This document shows positions 27,513-37,532 of a stretch of 64,000 bases of DNA, piece by piece; position 1 is the first letter of the stretch; every line of letters begins with the position of its first letter. Location: contig JBBRSP010000005.1 of NCBI GenBank assembly GCA_038245295.1, positions 160,001 to 224,000 on the forward strand, in the 5' to 3' direction. The stretch comes from Candidatus Binatia bacterium (GTDB lineage: Bacteria; Desulfobacterota; Binatia; HRBIN30). The notes under the pieces are model-generated. The model was not told the origin of the DNA, made no database searches, and saw only the letters and a program-made list of their open reading frames with translations. The position numbers and the translations under genes are program-made.

Positions 27513-28931
27513 TCAGGGCTGGGCTGGCTCGATTCGAACAATGATTTGCTCTTGCGGACCGACGTTGCCGTTGACGTCACGCAACCGCGCCGTCAGCAGC
27601 GTGTCGCCGGACGGGAATGGCATCACGCCATCAACGGCACCGCAAAACTGCGTCGTCGTTTCGGTGCTGACGAAGCCATAGTCGCCGTTAGAGAAAAGAA
27701 CACACGCCTCGGCGCGTGTCCTGGCGATCGGGTTGCCTGCACCATCGCGGAAGCGACACGCAAAATCGTTGACCGCATCGATGGTCGACTCCGACAAGTC
27801 GAACGCCGGAGGATTGATCGCCGGAATACCACCGCCAATGACCGGCGTACCCTCAGCACGCGGATCGGTAATATCGCACACGGCGAGACTACCGTTGCCG
27901 AGGGTGCGATTGCTTTGGATCTGCAGGTCCGGAAACGTCACGAGGTCGGGTTGGTAAGAGGACGGGGCCACCTGGTAACCGAATACGCCAGGGGCACCCT
28001 CGACGACAATCGAGAACCCTGAGCCGTTCGAGCGGCTGAATACGGGTGTACCGTCGGACGCTTCGCCGGTCGGCAGCACCTCGGTCCCATCGGCTCGGAT
28101 GATCCCGAAGAACGTGATCTTCGGACCAATACCGCTGCCCGGCGTTGATGTGGCGCGTGGTGTGGCCGTGGCCGGTGGTGTCGGCTGCGGTAAAACGCGC
28201 ACGACGATCGATGCTGAACCGCCAACGTTGCCGGCGACGTCACGCAGACGCGCCGTCAAGCGTGTATCACCGACTGCCAAGGCAAAGGTGCTGGAGACGG
28301 CACTGCAGTATTCCGTCGTACTCGTCTCGTCTACAAAGTTGTAATCGCCCGAGGGGTACAGCACACAGGCGTTGTTGCGGTCGGTGATGGCCAAAGGATC
28401 ACCAACACCATCGCGGAATCGGCAGGCGAAATCATTGATGGCCCGCAAATTCGCTGGATCACCGAGATTCGGGGGATCAACGGCAGGCACACCCCCGGCA
28501 TTGGGCGGCAAGAGATCGCAGACCGCGCTACTACCGTTCCCCAGAGCCCGCGAGGTAACGATCTGCAGATCCGGCAAACCGGAAAGGTCTTCCGTGTAAC
28601 TCGAGGTACCGACAGGAGAGCCGCTTGCCCCAGGGCGTCCTTCGACGACAAGAGCAAAGCCGGAACCTCCCGTGCGCGTAAACAGCGGCGACCCATCGGA
28701 GGCCGTTCCACTGGCAGGTAGCAACGACCCGTCGGCACGCGTCAGCCCAAAAAATGTTACCTTGGGGCCCTGCGAAACGTCGGGCGTTCGCGTCGGCGTC
28801 GGCCTCGTGGTTGCTGTTCCGATGGCGGTCGCTGTGGCCTGGGGAGCGACATGATCATTGCCCCCTCCGCCACCACATCCTGAGGCGCCGCCTGCAAGCA
28901 GCGCGCAAACCAACACTCCCCACTTCTTCAT
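27513..28931 (-). CDS. Secreted lipoprotein with two copies of an unassigned ~190-aa Cys-containing domain
   Basis: ATG 28931 with GGAGG RBS; lipobox ASGC; two repeats GP.(V/I)TFFG...GG(V/I)PA...NDFACRF...GDT.LTARLRD. Confidence 0.75.
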   Translation of the reverse strand: MKKWGVLVCALLAGGASGCGGGGGNDHVAPQATATAIGTATTRPTPTRTPDVSQGPKVTFFGLTRADGSLLPASGTASDGSPLFTRTGGSGFALVVEGRPGASGSPVGTSSYTEDLSGLPDLQIVTSRALGNGSSAVCDLLPPNAGGVPAVDPPNLGDPANLRAINDFACRFRDGVGDPLAITDRNNACVLYPSGDYNFVDETSTTEYCSAVSSTFALAVGDTRLTARLRDVAGNVGGSASIVVRVLPQPTPPATATPRATSTPGSGIGPKITFFGIIRADGTEVLPTGEASDGTPVFSRSNGSGFSIVVEGAPGVFGYQVAPSSYQPDLVTFPDLQIQSNRTLGNGSLAVCDITDPRAEGTPVIGGGIPAINPPAFDLSESTIDAVNDFACRFRDGAGNPIARTRAEACVLFSNGDYGFVSTETTTQFCGAVDGVMPFPSGDTLLTARLRDVNGNVGPQEQIIVRIEPAQP

Positions 28932-29022
28932 TCCTCCACCTCCCTTGACCACTGATCCAGTGGTCTCCACATGCGCCGCGACAGTACCGCGACGGCGCTC
29001 CGATGACAAACCAAAATGACGT

Positions 29023-31797
29023 CTATGAGCCCACCCGGATGATCAATTGTCGGGGCGCACCGACGTTGCCGCTTTGATCGCGCAACCGTACCGTCAGTAG
29101 CGTATCGCCGGCCGGGAACTCGAACGAGCGATCGACCGGTGCACAGTACTGCAACATCGGTTGCTTTGCCGGATCGGCGAAGCCGAAATCGCCGTTGTCA
29201 TACTGCACGCAGGCATCATTGGACCCGCGCCCGAGCGACTCGCCGGCACCGTCGACAAAACGGCAGCCGAGATCGTTGGCCATGGCGATCTGGGCGGCAG
29301 AAAAATCGGGCGGGGCGCCGGCCGGAACGCCGCCGAGGGTTGGCGCGGTGCGATCACAAACGTCTGTGCTGCCATTGCCGAGATCGCGCGAGGCGAGGAT
29401 CTGCAGGTCCGGGAAGTCGGTCAGGTCGGCCTGGTAGGTTGAAACGCCCAGCGCAGCGCCGCTGGCACCTGGTTTGCCCTCGACGACGATTGAAAATGCG
29501 GCGCCGACAGGCCGCACGAAGAAATTCACGCCGGTGTTCGTCACACCGCTCGGCTGCAGCAAGGAACCGTCGAAGCGCGTCAGCCCCAGATATGTAATCT
29601 CCGGACCAGCGAAGGCGATGGTCGGCGACGCGGTTGGCGTCGCCATCCGACTCGGAGTCCGGGTCGGTGCCGCGGGCAGGGTCCGAGTCGGCGACGGGCG
29701 CAGCGTTTGCGTCGGCCCGCCCGGAGTCAGGGTTCGGGTCGGCGTGAGGCTCCGCCCCGGTGTTGGCGTCGATGGAGGTGTGGGCGTCGGCGTGGCCGGT
29801 TCGGGAGTGGGGCTTGGCGATGTAGCAACCCGGATGATGATTTGTGCCGTAGGTCCGGGATTGCCGGTTCCCGGTGGGTCAAAGTCTTCCGTTTGATCGA
29901 GAAGGCGCACGGTCAGCAGCGTGTCGCCGGGCTGAAATTCGAGCGCCCTGCCGACAGGCGCGCAGAACTGAATCTGGCTCTTGGCAGGGAGAACCAGTCC
30001 GTACTCGTCGGTTGGCGGGATCCTGGTACACGCATCCGGTGCCAATCCACCACGGCCGCGCGGGTTACCCTCCCCATCAATGAATCGACAGCCAAAATCA
30101 TTCACAGCGCGAAGGGTATCGCCGTTGGTCTGGTCAAAATTTGGTGGGTCAATCCCTGGAACGCCGCCCGGGGAGCTTCCGAAGCGATCGCAAACCGCGT
30201 CGCTCCCGTCGCCGAGTGCCCGTGACGCAATAATCTGCAGATCGGGCAGTGCGCTCACGTCATCCACAAACGAATCGACGCCGACTGCCAGTTGGCTGGA
30301 GCCGCGTCCGCCTTCGACCACTATCCCGAAGCCAAAACCGCTCGGCCGGACAAAGATAGGAATGCCATCGGCTGTCGTGCTCGTCTGGGCAAGCAGGGTG
30401 TCGTCTTGTCGGGTTAAACCGAAGTAGGTGACAAGCGGCCCGGGCGGTGCCGTCGGAGATACGGTTCGCGTGCGCGTGATGGTCGGCGATGGCGTCGCCG
30501 ACGGGGAGGATGTCGGGCTGCGTGTGCGCGTCCGCGTCGGTGTCGGCGTTGACGGCGGCGGTATTGTTGCGCTGCGCGAAGGGGAAGAGGTCGGCGGCAC
30601 CGAGCGGGTGGGTGAAGCACTTAGGGTCGGCGTCGAGCTCGGCACTTGCACGAGGGGGGTTCGCGTCAGGCTCGGTGTGGCCGACGGCGTCGATGTCACC
30701 GATGGCGAGGCAGTGCGGGTCGGAGTCGCGGTTCGTGTCGGTGTTTCCGTCGGCAGCGCCGTTGGCGGCTCGGGTGTCAAGGTCGGCGTGCGCGTCGCTA
30801 GCGCTGTGAAAGATCGCGTCGGGCTCGGTCGCGCGGTGTTGGTCGGACTTGGCGTGCGTGTGGCAGTGCGTGTAGCCGCACTGGTGCGGGTCGGCGTGCG
30901 CGTCGGCGGCGGCACGGTTTTCGTCGGCGTTGGCGTGAAGGTTCCCGGGTTTGGGCCACTGCCGACGCGCACGAAGAATTGGCGCTGCGCGCCGACGGTA
31001 CCCTCCGTATCGCGAACCAGGACAGACACCAGGCTATCACCATCGGGGAATGCCAGGTTGCGACTGACCTGGACACAGTACTGAACCTGCGTTCCGCTAC
31101 CGGCAAAGTGGGGTACACTGAATTGATCGACGGTGCAGGCAAAATCGTTCTTCGTCGACACCACAAAATTGCAGGCGAGATCGTTGAGGGCGTTGGCAAC
31201 GCGCAGCGACGGACCGAAATCGGGCGGCACGATGGCCGGAACACCGCCGTCACAGACGACGGGACTACCGTCGCCAAGCGGCGACGTGCTCTCGATCCAC
31301 AGATCGGCGCGCCCCGCGCCACTACCCGGATCGCCCGCCATCACGGTCTCCCCCGGACGCACTCCGTTGCTCCCGGAACGCGCTTCGACGACGACCTTGA
31401 ATCCGGTGCCCGCGTTGCGAAAGAAAATCGGCACACCGAAACGATTGCCGATGGGCGTCGACGGATTGCCATTTGCGCCGGCGACACCGACATACGTGAT
31501 CTTTGGGCCGCTCGGCGATGGAGCTGCTTGCAATTGCAGCGAAGTCGTCAGATCGGCCACGCTGACACGACCGTCTACGTTGACGTCTGCAGCGGGACAA
31601 CTAGTGGCGCCCGCAAATGGAAGCCCCACCAAAGCAGCAACGTCGGCGGCGTCGACGTTGCCATCGCAGTTTGCATCGCCCGGTTGCTGAGCAGCGATGC
31701 GGCGCGCGCCAGCTGTGATCAACACAAGGCCGATCAGCCATCCACACATCCACCACATTGAAAGGGACGCGATTCTCTTGTTTGAGGAATCTCTCAC
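29023..31797 (-). CDS. Secreted protein: dockerin-like N-terminus plus three copies of the same ~190-aa domain with Thr/Pro linkers
   Basis: GDANCDGNVDAAD...ADVNVDGRVSVAD; long TPT/SPT linkers; three homologous domains. Confidence 0.78.
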   Translation of the reverse strand: MRDSSNKRIASLSMWWMCGWLIGLVLITAGARRIAAQQPGDANCDGNVDAADVAALVGLPFAGATSCPAADVNVDGRVSVADLTTSLQLQAAPSPSGPKITYVGVAGANGNPSTPIGNRFGVPIFFRNAGTGFKVVVEARSGSNGVRPGETVMAGDPGSGAGRADLWIESTSPLGDGSPVVCDGGVPAIVPPDFGPSLRVANALNDLACNFVVSTKNDFACTVDQFSVPHFAGSGTQVQYCVQVSRNLAFPDGDSLVSVLVRDTEGTVGAQRQFFVRVGSGPNPGTFTPTPTKTVPPPTRTPTRTSAATRTATRTPSPTNTARPSPTRSFTALATRTPTLTPEPPTALPTETPTRTATPTRTASPSVTSTPSATPSLTRTPLVQVPSSTPTLSASPTRSVPPTSSPSRSATIPPPSTPTPTRTRTRSPTSSPSATPSPTITRTRTVSPTAPPGPLVTYFGLTRQDDTLLAQTSTTADGIPIFVRPSGFGFGIVVEGGRGSSQLAVGVDSFVDDVSALPDLQIIASRALGDGSDAVCDRFGSSPGGVPGIDPPNFDQTNGDTLRAVNDFGCRFIDGEGNPRGRGGLAPDACTRIPPTDEYGLVLPAKSQIQFCAPVGRALEFQPGDTLLTVRLLDQTEDFDPPGTGNPGPTAQIIIRVATSPSPTPEPATPTPTPPSTPTPGRSLTPTRTLTPGGPTQTLRPSPTRTLPAAPTRTPSRMATPTASPTIAFAGPEITYLGLTRFDGSLLQPSGVTNTGVNFFVRPVGAAFSIVVEGKPGASGAALGVSTYQADLTDFPDLQILASRDLGNGSTDVCDRTAPTLGGVPAGAPPDFSAAQIAMANDLGCRFVDGAGESLGRGSNDACVQYDNGDFGFADPAKQPMLQYCAPVDRSFEFPAGDTLLTVRLRDQSGNVGAPRQLIIRVGS

Positions 31798-32004
31798 CGC
31801 GGCAGCACCCTACCGGATGCACCAGTCGCGCTCAACGCGCAGCGCGAGAAGTTGCACGCCATAAGCAGCGCGAAATTGTGCGCAGGAAATTTCTCATCTC
31901 TTGCCGTCATCGAGTTGACAGAACGCTGAATAATTCCGGTCCCAATGCGTGTACCTGTTCGGCCAAGATGCCCGTCATAAGGCTCATTCGTCTTCACCCA
32001 ACCC

Positions 32005-32020
32005 TGGCTCGCTCCTTGCA
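32005..32020 (+). promoter_or_regulatory. Sigma54 -24/-12 promoter candidate
   Basis: TGGCTCGCTCCTTGCA has canonical GG/GC spacing, 35 bp upstream of ATG 32056. Confidence 0.55.
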
Positions 32021-32055
32021 CCTCTAGCTAAGCGGCGTGGAGGCTTCGAAACACA

Positions 32056-33714
32056 ATGTCTGGCCGGTGGGGGATCATATTGAAACAAGCGGCCCTGTTG
32101 ATGGGCTTCGTTGTCGCTTTGAGTGGGCCCACGTGGGCCACTACGTTCATCGCCGCGTCGATCGATCAGCTGGCGGCAGCTTCGGGCACGATCGTTATTG
32201 GTCAGATCGAGACGATTCAGGGACACACTTCCGGAGGACGAATCGAGACGGTGATCGGCGTCCGCGTCGAGCAGGCGTTACGCGGGGATCCCGGCAGCGA
32301 GCTTACACTGGTGCAGCCCGGCGGATCTGTCGGGGATGTCCGCCGCTGGATCTTCGGGGCTCCGACGTTCTTCATCGGCGAGCGCATTCTTCTTTTCGCC
32401 CGTCGCGATTCCAGTGGAGACTGGGCCACGACATTCCTGGGGATGGGAAAGTTCCAGCTCGTCCGTAGTAGCGCCGGGGTCGACTTCGCCGTGCGCAATT
32501 TGGACGAAGGTACCGTACGCAATGCCGTCACGGGACAGGTTGACGCCGAGGCGGGGCGTAGCCGCTTCTTACTGAGTGAGCTGATCTCGGAGATCCTCCG
32601 TGCCGCACCCTCACGGGATGCGGCGGTTGGGCCTGTGGCGCGGCAAGCGACGACAGGACACTGGCAGGCAAACTTTACGTTCACCGGCCCGCCCGGGCTC
32701 CGGCGCTTCGCAGCCCCGGGTGAGCCGACAGACTATTTGGTTGATAGCAGTGGGGACGAAGCTCTTGGCCCGGAGGCTTCGACAGCCGCTGTCGAGAGTG
32801 CCTTAGCCGCGTGGAGCAGTCCGATGTGCACGAGCCTACAGTTGCGCAACGCCGGTCCGGCAGAAGTGGCTCCGTTCGGCGCCTGCGATCACCGCTCGCA
32901 GATCCTTTTCAACGACCCGTCGAGCGAGATTGCCGATGGCGTCGACTGCGTCGGCGTCCTGGCGATCGGCGGTGTGTGTGCCGATGGCACCGGAACCCAG
33001 GTCTTCAACGGCAGTCACTTCTATCCGATCACGGAAGGGGATGTGGTCGTAAACAACGGCTACGGAAACTGCCCTTTCTGGAACCAGGGCAACGTCGCGG
33101 AAGTCATCACCCACGAACTGGGCCACACCCTCGGATTTGCCCACTCCTCAGACGATCCCAACGAGCCTGATCTGCTTCTGCGCAGCGCAACGATGTACTA
33201 CGCCGCACACTTCGACGGACGCGGGGCGGCCTTGCGAACCGACGACGTTGCCGCCCTGTGTGATCTCTATCCATCCGGGGCAACCGGACGCGTGCGATTA
33301 CGCCAGTTCGCCTTCGTCTTCGCGATGAACGATCGCCGGAACGCGGATCGGATCGTTGTCGACGGAGAGCTCGATTTCGGCGAGCGCCACTTCAATCCCG
33401 TGTCGGACCCGCTCATTGTCAACGTGCGATCCTCAAGCATTGCCCTGGCGAGTCTATCGATCAGGCCGAGTACCTGGGATGTGAATCCCGAACGCACTCG
33501 CTTTCGCGTCCGCCGCGATTTTGGGGCCGGCCGAGTCACGCTTACGTTGTCGATCAGTCCCGGCTCCGTATGGCGGTTCCAAATCACCGGACGCGGGCTC
33601 GATCTATCCAAAGCAAAGACCGACGGGGTCAACATCTCGCTTGCGACCGACGGGGCGAGTGCCTCAACTTCCGTCGAATTGCGCACTAATCCGCGTTCAC
33701 GCATCTACCCCTGA
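32056..33714 (+). CDS. Secreted metzincin (matrixin-like) metalloprotease
   Basis: HELGHTLGFAH zinc motif, Met-turn SATMY, signal peptide. Confidence 0.85.
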   Translation: MSGRWGIILKQAALLMGFVVALSGPTWATTFIAASIDQLAAASGTIVIGQIETIQGHTSGGRIETVIGVRVEQALRGDPGSELTLVQPGGSVGDVRRWIFGAPTFFIGERILLFARRDSSGDWATTFLGMGKFQLVRSSAGVDFAVRNLDEGTVRNAVTGQVDAEAGRSRFLLSELISEILRAAPSRDAAVGPVARQATTGHWQANFTFTGPPGLRRFAAPGEPTDYLVDSSGDEALGPEASTAAVESALAAWSSPMCTSLQLRNAGPAEVAPFGACDHRSQILFNDPSSEIADGVDCVGVLAIGGVCADGTGTQVFNGSHFYPITEGDVVVNNGYGNCPFWNQGNVAEVITHELGHTLGFAHSSDDPNEPDLLLRSATMYYAAHFDGRGAALRTDDVAALCDLYPSGATGRVRLRQFAFVFAMNDRRNADRIVVDGELDFGERHFNPVSDPLIVNVRSSSIALASLSIRPSTWDVNPERTRFRVRRDFGAGRVTLTLSISPGSVWRFQITGRGLDLSKAKTDGVNISLATDGASASTSVELRTNPRSRIYP

Positions 33715-33765
33715 GCCCGGCTGATTGCGGCGCGAACGGCAGCGCGGTACACCGACGGTCGCATC

Positions 33766-34557
33766 ATGCTTTCTCCCAAAGATGAAGTAGAACTGACGAT
33801 CGAAGCGCCACTGGCGTGGATCGTCATCAATCGCCCACAAGCACGCAACGCACTGACTCTGGCAGCGTGGCAAGCGCTGGCGGAACGGGTGCGCCAGGCC
33901 GGAGCCGACGACACCGTCCGCGTGGTGATCATTCGCGGTGCCGGCGATGAGGCGTTTATCGCAGGTGCGGACATCACCGAGTTCCCACGTTTACGCGCCG
34001 ACGCGGCGATGACGATGCTGTACGACGAGCAGACGCGGCAAACGCTGGCAACGATCACGCAACTTGCGAAGCCGGTCGTGGCGATGATCAACGGACTTTG
34101 CTTCGGCGGTGGATGCTCGGTCGCGCTCGCTTGTGATCTGCGGTACGCCGCCGAACACGCGCGGTTCTCGATTCCGGCGACCAAGCTTGGACTCTCCTAT
34201 CCCTTCGAGCTCGGCATCGAACGCCTCGTGCAAATCGTTGGGCCGGCGCACGCAGCGGACATGTTGCTGTCGGCGCGCGTCCTGAGCTCGGCGGAGGCGC
34301 GGCGCATCGGCTTGGTCAACGATGCCTGGGCAACGGAGCAGTTGGAAACCCGCATCCGTGAACTGGCGCAGCGGATGGCCGGCGGCGCTCCGCTAACCGT
34401 CGCCGCGCACAAGCTGGCGATCGGTGAGGCCGCGTCCGGGAATCCGAATCACGACTCAGTTCGGGCGGCCGCCCTACGGTGTTTCGATAGTGAAGACTAC
34501 CGAGAAGGCGTCGCCTCTTTCCTCGCCAAACGGGCGCCGGTGTTTCGCGGCCGCTGA
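33766..34557 (+). CDS. Enoyl-CoA hydratase/isomerase family protein
   Basis: AFIAGADI, KPVVAMINGLCFGGG, ACDLR, DYREG. Confidence 0.9.
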   Translation: MLSPKDEVELTIEAPLAWIVINRPQARNALTLAAWQALAERVRQAGADDTVRVVIIRGAGDEAFIAGADITEFPRLRADAAMTMLYDEQTRQTLATITQLAKPVVAMINGLCFGGGCSVALACDLRYAAEHARFSIPATKLGLSYPFELGIERLVQIVGPAHAADMLLSARVLSSAEARRIGLVNDAWATEQLETRIRELAQRMAGGAPLTVAAHKLAIGEAASGNPNHDSVRAAALRCFDSEDYREGVASFLAKRAPVFRGR

Positions 34558-34570
34558 GGCGGCACGTACG

Positions 34571-35386
34571 TCAAACGTAGTAGCCGCCGTTGGCGGAGAT
34601 CACCTGGCCGACCGTAAAACTCGACTCGTCGCTGGCCAGATAAAGCGCCAGTGAGGCGATCTCGTCGGCCGTCCCCAGTCTTCCGATTGGCGTCTGCGCG
34701 GTGATCACTTGCCGCATCATCGGATCCATAACGTCCAGCAACGGGGTATCGATGAACCCGGGAGCAATGGCATTCACATAGATTCCACGCGCGATCACGT
34801 CGCGGGCGACAGACTTGGTGAGTCCAATGATCCCCGCCTTTGCCGCGGAGTAGTCGGGTGAGGCCGGTAGTCCGGCCAACCCGGCAATCGATGCCATATT
34901 GATGATCTTGCCGTACCCCTGCGGCTCCATGACCCGCAGTGCTGCGCGTAAACAATAGAAGGTTCCGTCGAGATGCACAGAAAGTGTGCGCCGCCACTGT
35001 GAGTCGGTCATATCGCGGGCAGCACCAATCGTCGTTTCGGCACGACCGACCGATTGGACCTCCTGCATCACCCGGGAAAAGCCTTGTTTGGTGGCGTCGC
35101 TCAGCAACGCAATCCCAGCGTTGTTGACCAGAATGTCGAGGCGCGGATGCGTCTCGAGCATCTCTTCGAACATCGCCCCGACCTCGACACTATCGGACAC
35201 ATCGGCCACCAGGACCATGGCATTGCCGCCGGCCGAACGGATCTCCGAGGCGACGTTCTCGGCACTCTCCCGACGCAGGTCGTTGATGACCAAGCTCGCG
35301 CCTTCGTTGGCAAAGCGGACGGCAATCTGGCGACCAAGCCCGCTGCCCGCCCCGGTAACCAGGGCAACGCGTCCATTGAGTTTCAT
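34571..35386 (-). CDS. Short-chain dehydrogenase/reductase (FabG-like)
   Basis: TGAGSGLG, NNAGI, YSAAK, PGFIDT; ATG 35386. Confidence 0.9.
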   Translation of the reverse strand: MKLNGRVALVTGAGSGLGRQIAVRFANEGASLVINDLRRESAENVASEIRSAGGNAMVLVADVSDSVEVGAMFEEMLETHPRLDILVNNAGIALLSDATKQGFSRVMQEVQSVGRAETTIGAARDMTDSQWRRTLSVHLDGTFYCLRAALRVMEPQGYGKIINMASIAGLAGLPASPDYSAAKAGIIGLTKSVARDVIARGIYVNAIAPGFIDTPLLDVMDPMMRQVITAQTPIGRLGTADEIASLALYLASDESSFTVGQVISANGGYYV

Positions 35387-35530
35387 CGGAGTCCCTTCCT
35401 TGTACGGGTCAGGCCGGGGCCATAGCGGCGAGCGATCAAAATCGCACGTTCCTTGACGCAGCGTCGACAATTCTGTGCGACGTCTGGCAGCGGCCGCGCC
35501 GACACTTCCATACGGTAGCCCCGCACCGAT

Positions 35531-35546
35531 TGGCACCGCCCTTGCT
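35531..35546 (+). promoter_or_regulatory. Sigma54 -24/-12 promoter candidate
   Basis: TGGCACCGCCCTTGCT near-consensus, 35 bp upstream of ATG 35581 with GGAGGAG RBS. Confidence 0.7.
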
Positions 35547-35580
35547 GTGATTGTCGATCCTGAGTGGAGGAGGAGAAACG

Positions 35581-35877
35581 ATGGCACGCGGATTACTATT
35601 GAGTACAGAGCCCAAGTCACGCGCTTTTGCGGCGGAAGAGATGCTTCTGCTTGCGGTTTTGGAGCAGGCGGTTTCGGACTTGGACGATGGCAGCCCGGCT
35701 GTCCGGGCGGACGCGGATGCGTACATCTTCAATTACGGCAGCGACTACAGCATTTTCAGCTTCGAATCCGTCTGCGCCTACTTCAAGCTGTCGCCGAATG
35801 CGGTTCGAGAAGCCCTGCGCAATCGCCAACTGTCCGGCGAGCGGCTCAACCTGCTTGAACTACGCGACGCCGCCTGA
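35581..35877 (+). CDS. Small hypothetical protein, paralog of 36567-36947
   Basis: EEMLLLAVLEQA...FSFESVCAYFKLSPNAVR; strong RBS. Confidence 0.7.
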   Translation: MARGLLLSTEPKSRAFAAEEMLLLAVLEQAVSDLDDGSPAVRADADAYIFNYGSDYSIFSFESVCAYFKLSPNAVREALRNRQLSGERLNLLELRDAA

Positions 35878-35879
35878 CG

Positions 35880-36479
35880 TCAGGCAGCCACGCATCGAGT
35901 CCACTGCCGTTCGATTGCCGTGCGTAGTGCGGCGATCGAACCAGTGTTCTCGATCACGACATCGGCGAAGCGGCGCCTCTCTTCGTTGGACATTTGCGCC
36001 CGCATCCGACTTTCGACGTCGGGGGCCGGCATCCCCCGCTGGCTGCCGAGACGGCTCTTCACGGCATCCGCGTCGGAAACAACGAGCCAGACTTCGTCCA
36101 CGAGAGGCATCCAGTTTGCCTCGATGAGGATGGCTGCCTCGAGAACAATGGGCAGCTTGAAGCCCCCGGCGCGGCGGTCTTGGATTTCTCGCTTGGCGGC
36201 CTCGAAGATGAGCGGATGAACGATGCTGTTCAGGCGTTTGAGGGCTGCCGGATCAGCGAAGACAATGGGTCCTAGCTTCTTCCGATCAATCGTCCCCTGC
36301 GGGCCGACGACCTCGGATCCGAAAGCCTCGACGACTCGTTCAAAGCCCACACTGCCGGGAAGATAAATCTGATGTCCGAGTACGTCGGCGTCAATGATCG
36401 AAGCGCCGAGCTCTCCCAGAATCTGGCTTACTGTTGTTTTTCCGGATCCAATGCCCCCGGTAAGGCCGATCGTCTTCAC
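35880..36479 (-). CDS. coaE: Dephospho-CoA kinase
   Basis: IGLTGGIGSGKT, IDRKKLG, LNSIVHP, ADVVIEN. Confidence 0.95.
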   Translation of the reverse strand: MKTIGLTGGIGSGKTTVSQILGELGASIIDADVLGHQIYLPGSVGFERVVEAFGSEVVGPQGTIDRKKLGPIVFADPAALKRLNSIVHPLIFEAAKREIQDRRAGGFKLPIVLEAAILIEANWMPLVDEVWLVVSDADAVKSRLGSQRGMPAPDVESRMRAQMSNEERRRFADVVIENTGSIAALRTAIERQWTRCVAA

Positions 36480-36511
36480 GTGCAGAACACACCTCTCGCC
36501 TCAAACAAGAA

Positions 36512-36543
36512 AGCCCCGGCAACCAGAACAGGCTGCGGGGCTT
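36512..36543 (-). terminator. Hairpin, possible intrinsic terminator
   Basis: aagcccc...ggggctt stem followed on the minus strand by a T-rich tail (ttcttgttt). Confidence 0.45.
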
Positions 36544-36566
36544 CCCACCAAAATGCAACGTCGCTG

Positions 36567-36947
36567 TTAACCAGCAGCCGCCATCAGGGTATCCGGGCTG
36601 TCGCTCGGCTTGTCCTTCGGCGGTTGATGGGTGGCAAGGCGGCGCCATTCGCGCACCCCATGCCTAAGGTAGTCCGGATTGATCTCGAGGGTTTCGCAGA
36701 TGTTCTCAAACGAGAAATACCAGTCACGGTCATCGCACGTGATCCAGCCCTCGGCATCGAGAAACAATTGACGTCCATGGGTCTCTTTTGAGAAGACGTA
36801 TTTCTGGTAGCAATCCAACGCGTCCTGAAGAACTGCCAACATCAGACGCTTCTCACCGCGAACCTTCGAGCCACCACGGAACGCAGAGTAGAATTGGGCC
36901 GGTAACAATGCATCGGGTTCGAAAAGCCCGAACGATCGATCCGTCAT
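36567..36947 (-). CDS. Small hypothetical protein, paralog of 35581-35877
   Basis: GEKRLMLAVLQDA...AEGWI...FSFENICETLEINPDYLR. Confidence 0.75.
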   Translation of the reverse strand: MTDRSFGLFEPDALLPAQFYSAFRGGSKVRGEKRLMLAVLQDALDCYQKYVFSKETHGRQLFLDAEGWITCDDRDWYFSFENICETLEINPDYLRHGVREWRRLATHQPPKDKPSDSPDTLMAAAG

Positions 36948-37086
36948 AGACGACTCCCCCACCACGACACCTTGCGTTCGCCACCTCCGCTACCCATGAC
37001 GAGGGAAACAGAGAAGTGGGCACGAAACGTCATCGATTCCTGCCCTGGCAACCTGAGGCGGGTGCCCGAGCCGGGAATGGCAGTGG

Positions 37087-37371
37087 TTACTTCTTGCCCC
37101 CGAGAACCGCTTCCTTGAACGTCTTCGCGACGGTGAACCGAACCTTCTTGCGAGCCGGGATCTTGATCGCTTCACCGGTCTGCGGGTTGCGCCCCATGCG
37201 TGCTTTCGTCTGCACTTTACGGAAGGTGCCGAGTCCTGGAATCTTGACCGGATCACCCTTCTTCACCGAACCCACGGTAACCTCAACCAGCGTCTGCAGA
37301 ACGGCATCCGCCTGCTTCTTCGACACTTCAGACGCATCCGCCAACTTCTGAACCAACTGCGACTTCGTCAT
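37087..37371 (-). CDS. hup: HU family DNA-binding protein
   Basis: MTKSQLV, IPGLGTF, ARMGRNPQTGEAIKIPA; GGAGG RBS. Confidence 0.95.
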   Translation of the reverse strand: MTKSQLVQKLADASEVSKKQADAVLQTLVEVTVGSVKKGDPVKIPGLGTFRKVQTKARMGRNPQTGEAIKIPARKKVRFTVAKTFKEAVLGGKK

Positions 37372-37532
37372 GGTTCCTCCTCCCCTCAGGTTTTGAGCTC
37401 GGTTGTCAGAGAACCGCTCGACCACCGAGCAGTCTTCAACCGCGCGTATAACTGCACCGACAATGCACTTCCTGTCAAGATTTTTTTCGGCGCCTCACGT
37501 CGACACCGAAGCATCGCACACGCCTGCCCGCC

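Noticed and set aside
37450..37480. Sigma70 promoter for HU
   Set aside because: Perfect TTGACA on the minus strand but no convincing -10 at 16-18 bp spacing
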